Assembly (NCBI GenBank): GCA_951406725.2
Contig: OX597814.1
Location: 204,290,001-204,354,000, forward strand
DNA length: 64,000 nt
DNA from: Octopus vulgaris
Lineage: Eukaryota
Direction of reading: 5' to 3'
The notes beneath the pieces are model-generated. The model did not search any database. It worked only from the letters and a program-made list of their open reading frames with translations, and was not told the DNA's origin. Position 1 is the first letter of the stretch. Each line of letters begins with the position of its first letter. Position numbers and translations under genes: made by a program. Shown in pieces: positions 29,600 to 40,549 of this stretch.

Positions 29600-30860
29600 A
29601 TATCACATGATATCTCATCATAATATAACATAGTTGTATTGCAGCTGTTCAAGCAAGAAACAAGGGCTACAATGCCTAAAGGAACTCAAAGACCCTAAAA
29701 AATGTGATGTTGTTCACCAAGCAATACAACACTTGCAACACCCCTATCCAAACTGCAAAAGATGACTTCAGGCATTGTGCTGCCAGTCCATCAGCTATCC
29801 TACATTCTAAATTGCATCCAAACCCTTTGGCATCTGGCCAAAAGATTTTCCACCAACTTCTTTCCTTCCAATGATGTTTTGAGTAATAACTCTCACAAAG
29901 AAATCTTCCAGCTTTACTGCCCACTGTCATTTCTACACTGTATAAACTTGGTAAATTCACCCATCTCTTGTTTCTTAAATCAATAGCTTCCAATCAGATT
30001 GCACTTTTGTGTCATGTGTTGATAAAGCTCTCTCTGTTTCTCATTCTATCAACTCTGACATGCTTCAGGGTTCAGTTTTGTCCTCTACTCTCTTTCTCTT
30101 GTACACCAATGACTTACTTGCAATCACATCCAACAATGCCAGCACTTACGTAAATGACATTACCTGTCATTCACTCACAACATACCCTGCATTGACCTCA
30201 GGAACAAACACTTCAAAAGTAATCTCCAACAGGAATATGTCAGAAGATACAACTGCTACTCATATCAAGAAAACATCATCACACCATACCCAACTTAACT
30301 ATGAGCTCCATACAACTATTGCCCTCACAATTGCTCAGAATATTAGACCTCATTATCATCAAAGATCTCTCCTGGTGTAAGCACATCCTTAACAAAAACT
30401 GACTCTTCTTTCCAATGCCAGAAGATATTTCAACCTCAACTATTACTAACATTCTACAGAGCTCAGATGAAGTTTACAATGGATGCTCTCACATCTCTAA
30501 AGGTACTACTACTGCACACATAGAAAAGAGTCATCTGACTGACTGACATAAGATCACACACAAACACACTCCAGCCTCTGGACCCCAAGTGAATTGTTTC
30601 CCTTCTCTGCCTTTACCCCCAGAGCAGCCTGAACTCATACCATCTCCAGTCAGGCATTTGTGACCCATTCAACTCTCCTTCTCACATCATCTTTGTTGTG
30701 TCCAATCCATCAAGTATCACACTAACCATGATATCAAGTCCTTCTTCCTAGGACATATGAGCTCTGGAATTACCTGCCTACTCATGTCTTGTAGGCCTCA
30801 GTCTCATTCAGCTACAAAGGCCTGCAAAAGCTATGACTGCCCCTCTTTCCTCCAAACAAA
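29600..30860 (+). mobile_element. Heavily decayed LINE RT fragment (L2/CR1/Jockey group)
   Basis: SHSINSDMLQGSVLSSTLFLLYTNDLL...STYVNDIT resembles GVPQGSVLSP.LF.LFINDL...YADD. Confidence 0.7.
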
Positions 30861-30877
30861 TCAAGTAAAAAAATGTA

Positions 30878-31770
30878 ATATCTTATAGAAATATCATGCA
30901 GTAACATCTCACTGTAACATCACACTGTAATGTCACTCGGTAATATCACATTAATGACTCACTATAATATTACTAAAATATCACACTGTAAGATCTCACC
31001 TGTAATATTATATGGTAATGTCACTTTGCAATATCATCATCATCATCATCATTACCATCATTTAACGTCCGTTTTCCATGCTGGCATGGGTTGGACAGTT
31101 TGACTGGGGACTGGCAAGCCAGGAGGCCGCACCAGGCTCCAATCTGATCTGGCAAAGTTTCTACAGCTGGATGCCTTTCCTAACGCCAACCACTCCAAGA
31201 GTGTAGTGGATGCTTTTTACATGCCACTGGTACGGGAGCCAGTCAGGGGTACTGGTATCGGGCATGTTTGGATGATGCTTTTTATGTGCCACCAGCACAG
31301 GGCCAGTCAGGGGGTACTGGCATCAGAGGGAGTGTTCTTCTATAGCACAAGGCCAGAAGTTTTGGGAAGGGAGATTATTAGTTACATCAACCCCAGTATT
31401 CAACTAGTACCTATTGTATTGACCCCAAAAGGATGAAAGACAAAGTCAACCTCAGCAGAATTTGAACTCAGAATGTAAAGACAGATGAAACACCGCTAAT
31501 CATTTTGTCCAGCATGCTAACAATTCTACCAACTCACTGCTTTATGTCTCATTATAATATCACACAGGATTTTCAATCTTTTATATGACTTTCTATTATC
31601 ACATTAATGTCTCGCTGTAATATTACCTGTAATATTACATGTGATGTTACACTGTAATATTACTGTGTAATATCACACTGTGATATCTGTCTGTAATATC
31701 TCACAATAATATCTCACCATAATATTTCAATGTAATATCACTCTTCAGTATCTCATTATATTATCACACA
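30878..31770. repeat. Degenerate short-unit satellite (TGTAATATCACAC-like), interrupted by an RTE 3' fragment and a SINE; resumes at 32840-32935
   Basis: Repeated TGTAATATC(A/T)CAC units at 30878-31035, 31545-31770 and 32845-32935. Confidence 0.75.
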
Positions 31771-31774
31771 GGCA

Positions 31775-32435
31775 GTCATGGCTCTCCTCTATAATTAGAC
31801 ACCTGTACATGTTTTGTCATACTTCAGCCTCTCTAAAGAGACTTGGAAGTTCTCTTTTGACCTTGACAGTAAATATCACTTCACACTTTTTATGACCAAA
31901 AAGTGCAATGAAAGGAAGTCAGTAAAGATGGTAGAGTTGACAGTTCCCTGGGAAGTAAACATCACAGATGCTTTCCTCGGGAAAGACAGAAGATATTATG
32001 AGATGGTTGAATTCTGTGAAAACACTGGATCAGAGGCAGTATGACTTTCTGTAGAGATAGGTTTTCAAAGATTTTTTTGAACCTAAGTTCACTTGATGCT
32101 CAGGTGTCTCAGACTCGCTATGAAGGAGACATATGATGTTATTAGAAAACTGTTAGAAGCCACAAACAAAGCAAGTCATTACATCTAGCTCAAGAGAGAG
32201 CACAAGTTTTGTAACAAGAACAAACATTGAGGATGATTGAAATATCTGGCCCAGAGTCACATCTGACTCAATAAAATTTGTGCTCTTGTGTGGGAGTTTT
32301 GTCACCTGCATCAGTGAGTGACCCTGGGTAACTTTGGTATCACAGTGGAGGGGGTTGAAACACCTACAGAGCTGTTTCACTGCCTGATAAGACAACAGCA
32401 TCCTCATTGTTAAATGCTCTCTCCTCTGCCTCAAC
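31775..32435 (+). mobile_element. Relic of a HERO-like (RLE-encoding) non-LTR retrotransposon, 3' part
   Basis: MVELTVPWEVNITDAFLGKDRRYYEMVEFC...VEIGFQRF matches the RLE motif ELTVPWE...K..KY..L...VEVG.RGF. Confidence 0.75.
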
Positions 32436-33589
32436 CCCACTTAGTTGAAGATATTGTTGTATTATTGTATGTATCATTATTATTATCGTTATCATCATCA
32501 CATTTCTTCTTCTTCTTCTTCTTTGTTTTTCCAGATGCTTGGTGACCTCTTAAAGAGTGTACTGGGTGCTTTCTTCAGAGGACATCCAGCTACAAAAACC
32601 ATACCAAAACAGACACTGGAGCTTAATGCAGTCCTCCAGTGTAGTGAGTCTCTGATCCCATCAAACCACGCTGGCATGGAAGATAGACATTAAATGATGA
32701 TGATGATGACGACAACGATGATGATGATGACGACAACGATGATGATGACAATGACAATAATGATGACAGCAATTATGAAAATGATGATGGTGAAAACAAT
32801 GATGACACAATGATGACAATGATGATGATGATGATGATATCAATCTGTAATATCACATCGTATTATCAACCTGTAATATCACACTATGATATCACTTATA
32901 TCTTATGGGTATTTGTCACTGTAATATTTCACTCATACTTTTGTATCTTCCTTTTACAGTATTTACAAAAAAAAATAATAAATACAAAATAGATAAATAA
33001 ATTAACTTTCCTTAAAAAAAAGTAATTACTCTCCTACATTGTTCAATAGACCTTGGAATATTGACAATACTGCACAAAAGGTAAAAAAATATTTTTTTTT
33101 TTACTTGCTTTGATGATCATATCCTGCCAGATTAATTTAAATTACAGATTACAAACTTCATATCATTTCCATTATTCTCTGTCTGCTCTATTTTTACCAA
33201 TATGTATATATATTCTTTATTAGTTTTCTCCCATACATATCACAGTACTTTTACATAAAGAATGAACTGATCACAGATTGTGTTATGTCCAGACAAGGAA
33301 ACATGAGCCTATCTTCCCTACTTATTACTCATTCCCTTTTTTCGAACCACCTCTCACTTTCTAACAACCTCTACCCAACCACACTTCTCCTGTCCCTTTT
33401 CACTTCATAACCTGAGGGTCCACCCTGTCACTTCATCATCACTATTTTTATTTCTCTCCAGCTTCATGCTGACCACTCCCACCTTTTCTATAATGAGAGT
33501 AATTGTGTTGCTCCCCTACTTCAAGAACCCTGTTTCATTCTGAACCCTTTTCTCTTACTTTAGCCCAGTGGTTCTCAACCATTTTTTAC

Positions 33590-34485
33590 ATGTGCAGTGA
33601 AACATGGGCCATAAATACTGAGGGTTTGCATAGGCTTGAAAGAAATGAAGCTAGTATGATCCTCTGGATGTGTAATATCAGTGTGCATACACGACAGAGT
33701 GTAAGCAACCTGAGAGAAAAGTTGGGCATAAGAAGCATCAAATGTGGTGTGCAAGAGAGACAACTTCGTTGGTATGGTCGTGTGTTATGTATGGATGAGG
33801 ACAGCTGCATGAGGAAGTGCCACTCCCTAACTGTGGAAGGAACCTGTGGAAGAGATAGACCCAGGAAGATATGGGATGAGCTGGTGAAGTATGACCTTCA
33901 AACATTGGGCCTCACAGAAACAATGACAGGAGACCAAGACCTTGGAGATATACTGTGATTGAGAAGACCTTGCAACTAAAGTGAGATCGCAGCCACGCAT
34001 GTCTTGCCCAGTTAAGAGCACCCCTGATGCATCAAGCAATATAATATACTTGAGAAGACCTGTTGAGTCAAGTAAAACTAATATCATAGCTGTCGCCAGT
34101 ACCCACTGACTGGTTCCCATGCCAGTGGTACGTAAACAGCACCATCCGAACATGGCCAATGCCAGTACCCACTGATTGGCTCTTGTGCCAGTGGCATGTA
34201 AAAAGCACCAACTGATCGTGGCCGATGCCAGTACCCACTAATTGGCCCCTGTGCCAGTGGTATGTAAAAAGCACTATCTGAACATGATCAATGCCAGGCC
34301 CACCTGACTGGCTCCTGTGCCGGTGGCACATAAAAAGCACCCACTACACTCTTCAAGTGGTTGGCGTTAAGAAGGGCATCCAGCTGTAGATTGGAGCCTG
34401 GTGCACCCGCTGGCTCTCCAGTTCTAAGTCAAACCGTCCAACTCATGCCAGCATGGAAAACAGACATTAAATGATGATGATGATG
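33590..34485 (+). mobile_element. 3' fragment of the dominant RTE LINE with 3'UTR repeat array and (GAT)n tail
   Basis: ORF SETWAINTEGLHRLERNEASM...LRWYGRVLCMDEDSC...RPRKIWDE, about 4-5 UTR units and the terminal hairpin. Confidence 0.92.
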
Positions 34486-35406
34486 GATCTCTTTGATTCT
34501 TATTTAACTCGGTTGGACTCCCATAGCCATTTGATGTTTTAAAAAGCCAATTATATTTTTGTAATTAAATATTATTTGTATTATAATAATCCTTTCTATT
34601 ATAGGCACAAGGCCTGACATTTTGAGGGAGTGGATTGACCACTGTGCTTGACTGGTACTTAATTTATTGACCCTGAAAGGATGAAAGGCAAAGTCAACCT
34701 CGGTAGAATTTGAACTCAGAACATAAAGACAAACAAAATGCCACTAAGCACTTTGCCCAGCATGCTAACGATTCTGCCATCGTGCCACAGAATTTATAAT
34801 AATGCAATTTATAATAATATAAATTGTATAAAGTATTTATAATTGTATGAAATATTTAAAATATTTTGTGTATTGTTAAAATATAACCAATTTATTGCAC
34901 ATAAGTTTTAACGTCAAAATCTTATATAGACCCACCTCCACAAGGACGGCAGTGGAGGTGGCAGTGGTGGTGACAGCGGAAGTGGTAGCAGAGGTGGAAG
35001 GGACAATGATGATGACAATGACAACAATGATGACAATGATCACAAAGTTACCTACACACTCTCATGAACTTATCTACTCACTCATCCTTTATATTATAAT
35101 TAAGGGTACTATCATGTACCCTTAATAATAAATTTATATATATATATATCATTACAGATATAGGGTAAAAAATTATTAATTTAATAAAATTAACAAATTT
35201 TACCAAGTAGTTTTTGGTATGGAAAAGAACAATATTCAGTAAAAACTTATACAAAAAGTTTTTTTATATATAATTATAACAATAATTATGTGGAGACATA
35301 TTATGCAGAAAAAAGAAATAGCAATCTTTTGGCTGCTATTTCTGAAATCTTCGGTATGTGGTCAAGCAAATTGTTGCTAAACCTTTAATTATTGTTATAA
35401 ATATGT

Positions 35407-38400
35407 ATCATCATCATCATTTAGCGTCCGTTTTCCATGCTAACATGGGTTGGACGGTTCGACCGGGATCTGGGAAGCCAGAAGGCTGCACCAGGCTCCA
35501 GTCTGATCTGGCAGTGTTTCTACAGCTGGATGCCCTTCCTAACGCCAACCACTCCACGAGTGTAGTGGGTGCTTTTTACGTGCCACCCGCACAGGTGCAA
35601 GATGGAGCTGGCAAACAGCCACGAACGGATGGTGCTTTTACGTGCCACCGGCACGGGGGCCAGGCCAGGCTGGCAATGGACACGAACGGATGGTGCTTTT
35701 ACGTGCCACCGGCATGGAGGCCAGTCGGGGCAGCGCTGGCAACGGCCACGAACAGATGGTGCTCTTTACGTGCCACCGGCACAGAGGCCAGTCTAGGCTG
35801 GCAACGGCCACGAACGGATGGTGCTTTTTACGTTCCACCGGCACGGGGGCCAGGCGAGGCTAGCAACGGCCACGAACGGATGGTGCTTTTTACATGTCAC
35901 CGGCACGGAGACCAGTCGGGGCGGCGCTGGCAATGGCCACAATCGGATGGTTCGCTTACTTGTCACCGGCACTGGTATCACAGCCGCAATTTCCATTGAT
36001 GTTGATCGACTTCAATTTTGGTTCTGCTTTCTGATATCTGATTTGATTTGGTTTGATTTGATTTTCACTTGCCTCAACGGGTCTTCACAAGTGGAGTTTT
36101 GTGTCCCAAGAAGGAAAGGTATGTATAAGTCGACTGGCTACATACAGTTATGATCTCACTAGTCTTGCCAGGTCTTCTCACGCACAGCATACTTCCATAG
36201 GTCTCGGTCTCGGTCTCTAGTCATTTCCTTGGTGAGACCTAAAGTTCGAAGGTCATGCTTCACCACCTCGTCCCAGGTTTTCCTGGGTCTACCTCTTCCA
36301 CAGTTTCCCTCAACAGCTAGGGTGTGGCAATTTTGCAAACAACTATCTTCATCCATTCTCGTCACATGACCATACCAGCGCAAACGTCTCTCTTGCACAC
36401 CACAACTGATGCTTCTTAGGTCCAACTTTTCTCTCAAGGTACTTACACTCTGTCGATTATGAACACTGACATTACACATCCATCGGAGCATACTGGCTTC
36501 ATTTCTTGCGAGCTTACGCATATCCTCAGCAGTCACGGCCCATGTTTCACTACCATGTAGCATGGCTGTACGTACACACGCATCATACAGTCTGCCTTTT
36601 ACTCTGAGCGAGAGGCCTTTTGTCACCAGCAGGGGTAAAAGCTCTCTAAACTTTGCCCAGGCTATTCTTACTCTAGCAGTTACACTTTCAGCACACCCAC
36701 CCCCACTACTGACTTGGTCACCTCGGTAGCGGAAGCTATCAACTACTTCTAGTTTGTCTCCCTGGAACGTGGTAGAAGTTGGTCTCTGCACATTTCCAGT
36801 GTTTATTGCTCCTGAGCATCTGCCACAGACAAAAACTATCTTCCTAGTTAGCCTTCCTTTGACATTGCTGCACCTCTTATGTGTCCATAGCTTACACTTG
36901 GTGCACTTTATAGAGTTTCTACCTACACCTTTTTTACAGATCGAGCAGGGCCATCTACCTGAAGGCGTTTGTGATTGGTCTACCTTCCTACTTATTAGGA
37001 CTTTGGTTTTGGCTAGGTTGATTCTAAGGCCCTTCGATTCTAATCCTTGCTTCCACACCTGAAACTTCTTCTCCAGTTCTGATAGTGACTCGGCAATTAG
37101 AGCAAGGTCATCAGCATAGAGGAGCTCCCAGGGGCATCCTGTCTTGAATTCCTCCGTTACTGCCTGGAGGACTATGATAAATAGGAGGGGACTGAGGACT
37201 GAACCTTGGTGGACCCCAACCTCTACCCAGAATTCTTCACTGTACTCGTTGCCAACCCTCACCTTACTAGCAGCGTCTCTGTACATGGCTCGCACAGCTC
37301 TCACTAACCATTCATCTATCCCTAGTTTCCTCATTGACCACCAGATAAGGGATCGGGGGACCCTGTCGAAGGCTTTCTCCATGTCAACAAAAGCCAGGTA
37401 CAGGGGCTTATCTTTGGCTAGGTATTTCTCCTGCAGCTGTCTTACCAGCAATATAGCATCAGTGGTACTTTTCCCTGGCACGAACCCAAACTGCATCTCA
37501 TCTAAGCTAACTCTCTCTCTAATTAGTTGGGCTATAACCCTCTCCGTAACCTTCATTACCTGATCCAGCAGCTTGATACCCCTGTAGTTATTTGTATCTA
37601 GGGCGTCACCTTTACCTTTGTAGCAGTTGACTATTATGCTGCTACACCAGTCATTGGGTATGACTCCTTCGTGTATCACCTGGTTAACTATACGGGTGAC
37701 TAGGCTATAGCCGACACTACCAGATATTTTGAGCATCTCTGCAGTAATTCCTGATGGGCCTGGGGCTTTCCCTGTTTTCATGCTTGTAATTGCCTTAACT
37801 ACTAAGGAACTGTCAACTCGAATTGCTGGTCCCTCTGTTGGGTCAACATTCGGCAGACTCTCTTTATCCCATTCATTTTCCTCATTCAGCAACCTTTCAT
37901 AGTGGCATCTCCAAACCTCTCTCTTTGCATCCTCATTTAGCGCAAGTGAGCCGTCATCCATGCGAACACATTTTTCTCCTACGACATCACGATTCTCTCT
38001 CACACACTGTCTTGCTATACGAAATACCTCAAGTCCTTCATCCTCACAGCGCAGGAGATTGGCAAATTTTTTCTTATCTGCTTCCCCTCTGGCTAAATAC
38101 ACCTGCCTCCTAGCTTCCCTTCTGGCAGTCTGATACACTTCCCTGCTACCACCGTTCTTCCAGTCCTTCCAAGCCTGTTTCTTTTGTCTAATAGCCCTGT
38201 CAGCAATATTGTTCCACCACCACGTTATTTTGGGTCTTGAGGGGACTTTGCACCAGCCACAGATCTGGTCAGTGGCTTTCAGAAAGTTGTCCCTCAGAAG
38301 CGTCCAGTTGTCTTCTACCCCATGTGTAGCTATACCCCCTTCTATTTTGTCAAAGGCTTCAAGTAACATGTCTCTAAATCTCTGTCCATTCGCAGGGTCT

Positions 38401-38636
38401 TTAAGCTTCCAGACCCTTCTTCTCCATGTTGGTCGTCTTCTAGTCGTCCTCTTAGTCCTGATCCTAAAGTCACTAACTACTAGTCTATGTTGTGGGGTGC
38501 ATTCTTCACCTGGGAAGGTTTTGGCATTTATAAGCAGCCATCGTTCCCTTTTTCTGGCAAGGATGTAGTCGATTTGGCTAGTATGCCGGCCCGATCGGTA
38601 GGTGACCAGGTGGCTTGTCGGTTTCCTGAAGTTAGT
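35407..38636 (-). mobile_element. Young near-intact RTE-clade LINE, 5'-truncated inside the APE domain
   Basis: Stop-free frame of about 826 codons, 750-bp 3'UTR with 7 tandem units, CCATGCTAACATGG hairpin and (GAT)n tail; the 5' junction abuts (TA)n at 38637. Confidence 0.96.
36159..38636 (-). CDS. RTE ORF: APE C-terminal half, RT, Cys/His finger and C-terminal domain (the start codon in the ORF track is a microsatellite artefact)
   Basis: SQIDYIL, PQHRLV, GKAPGPSG, NYRGIKLL, QFGFVPGKST, FVDMEKAFDRV, GVHQGSVLSPLLF, LLYADDL, LHGSETW, LRWYGHV, GRGRPRKTW. Confidence 0.93.
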   Translation of the reverse strand, partial: TNFRKPTSHLVTYRSGRHTSQIDYILARKRERWLLINAKTFPGEECTPQHRLVVSDFRIRTKRTTRRRPTWRRRVWKLKDPANGQRFRDMLLEAFDKIEGGIATHGVEDNWTLLRDNFLKATDQICGWCKVPSRPKITWWWNNIADRAIRQKKQAWKDWKNGGSREVYQTARREARRQVYLARGEADKKKFANLLRCEDEGLEVFRIARQCVRENRDVVGEKCVRMDDGSLALNEDAKREVWRCHYERLLNEENEWDKESLPNVDPTEGPAIRVDSSLVVKAITSMKTGKAPGPSGITAEMLKISGSVGYSLVTRIVNQVIHEGVIPNDWCSSIIVNCYKGKGDALDTNNYRGIKLLDQVMKVTERVIAQLIRERVSLDEMQFGFVPGKSTTDAILLVRQLQEKYLAKDKPLYLAFVDMEKAFDRVPRSLIWWSMRKLGIDEWLVRAVRAMYRDAASKVRVGNEYSEEFWVEVGVHQGSVLSPLLFIIVLQAVTEEFKTGCPWELLYADDLALIAESLSELEKKFQVWKQGLESKGLRINLAKTKVLISRKVDQSQTPSGRWPCSICKKGVGRNSIKCTKCKLWTHKRCSNVKGRLTRKIVFVCGRCSGAINTGNVQRPTSTTFQGDKLEVVDSFRYRGDQVSSGGGCAESVTARVRIAWAKFRELLPLLVTKGLSLRVKGRLYDACVRTAMLHGSETWAVTAEDMRKLARNEASMLRWMCNVSVHNRQSVSTLREKLDLRSISCGVQERRLRWYGHVTRMDEDSCLQNCHTLAVEGNCGRGRPRKTWDEVVKHDLRTLGLTKEMTRDRDRDLWKYAVREKTWQD

Positions 38637-38637
38637 G

Positions 38638-38669
<32 letters not shown>

Positions 38670-38700
38670 TATAAAACAAAGTAGGAAAACAGGAAACTGG

Positions 38701-38927
38701 AATTTTTTTATATTATTTATTCACCATTACATCTGTTTCATTTGCTAATTGGAGTTACAAAGTTTTATAATAGAAATAATATATTATATCATATTATATC
38801 ATATTATTTCTCTGTCTGAAGAATTTCTTATAAGAAATTCCATACATGTCTATCTAACATGTCAAACTTGTAACTCCTATTAGTAAATGAAACACATGTA
38901 ATGATGAATAAATAATGCCAAAAAATT
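38701..38927. repeat. Inverted repeat (about 60-bp arms) with an inner perfect 20-bp palindrome
   Basis: 38701-38760 is approximately the reverse complement of 38868-38927; GAATTTCTTATAAGAAATTC at 38821-38840. Confidence 0.88.
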
Positions 38928-39155
38928 TTCAATTGCCCATTTTGTTATACAATTACTTTGTAAATAATATTTCTATAATTCTCAATTTTAATATGTATTT
39001 TGACTAACATGCAGCAGCAACTGAGACTGCATATTGGATTGTAATAAAGAAATAAGTAGATGTGCTTCAAAAGAAAACACCCAGAATTTACCCTAACTAC
39101 CTGTGTGTATGTGTGTGTGTCTGTGTGTGTAAAGACAGACATATGGATAGATAGA

Positions 39156-39205
<50 letters not shown>

Positions 39206-40549
39206 TGTCTCCATATCTTTTGGTACTCAGCTTGTGTTTTTACACACAATTTCTATAAAGAGAAAACTTTTATGAGAGCACCCCACAGCAAGTGCATTTC
39301 ATGTTCAAGTTTTCAAGTACATGTTAAAACTAAATGTACACAACTTCTTATATAGACTTAGCCATTCAATAAAGAAATTGATAAAATGAGTTATAAAACT
39401 GAAATAAGTACTGTAGTTGATGTGACTGCCTGCAACTCTTGAAATAAATTTTTAAAAACTTCCAAATGTTAGTGTAGGTTTCTGGTAAGAATATTTTAGT
39501 AACTAATAGCTCTAACATGCTGCTATGTAAACAAACAGATCACTTGATCATACATACCATAAATGTGATTGAGTTAAGTATTATAAAACCTGCTTGCCTG
39601 AACAGGACTATAATGATTTCTTTCTTTTTTTAATACTTGTTTACTGCATCAGTCTTGTAAAAATGTCATTGTCTTTGTAAACAACCAATAAATTTGTCTT
39701 CTAATACATCTGTAATATAATATTTTCATTGTCTTCTACAATCAACAAACATTTTGTTTCTTGAATCTGTTCACAATAGAAAATGAACTGACAAGATGCA
39801 GGCAGGTGGAATTTTACAACAAACAACAACAATCTTTTAGCATCTTATGTGACCTTTGACATCAATGTCAGCTGAAACATAATATTATGTGAAACTAGAA
39901 ACAATGAACTAGTCATTATATATTTGAAATGCAATATGACAACATATAGATAACTTGAATCATCATGTTTAACAAATTTCTTCAAAAGTATGTTTTGGAG
40001 CTTTTTTTTTAGTTTTTGGTTAAGAGGAATAATACTCATATCTTTTGGAATCCCTTCCAGACTATTGAGATAAGATGTTCAACTGTAGAGAAAACATGAA
40101 CAGAGAGAAGATTACAGCCATTGTATGTATATATATAAAAATTTTCATTGGACATCCACTTTCCATGCTGGCATGAGTTGGACAGTTTGACAGGAACTGA
40201 TAAGGCCAAGAACCATACTGGGCTCCATTGTCTGTTTGGCATGGTTTCTATAGCTGGATACCTTTCCTAATGCCAACCACTTTACAAAGTATACTGAGTG
40301 TGTTTTGCATAGCACTAGCACCAGTGCTTTTTAAGAGGTACTATCACCAACAAGATCACAAAGTACCTTGCACAGACACTAAAAGACAGAATAAAAGGCA
40401 AAAACTCCTCAGCTGAGGTATATCACATTCACATTTGAGTTGTTGAGCAAAGAAATTAAATAAAATTTGGTATTTTTTGCAGAGAGTGAAAGTGGTAACA
40501 AGAACAGAACAATGAGAACAAAACAGTAAAAACAAACGAAATATATATA

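Noticed and set aside
35568-35990. Repeat-spacer-like array resembling CRISPR
   Set aside because: Linkers are homologous to each other, the array is a LINE 3'UTR in eukaryotic DNA, and no cas genes are present
35358-36153. 213-aa and overlapping + strand ORFs
   Set aside because: Antisense readings of the GC-rich RTE 3'UTR repeat array
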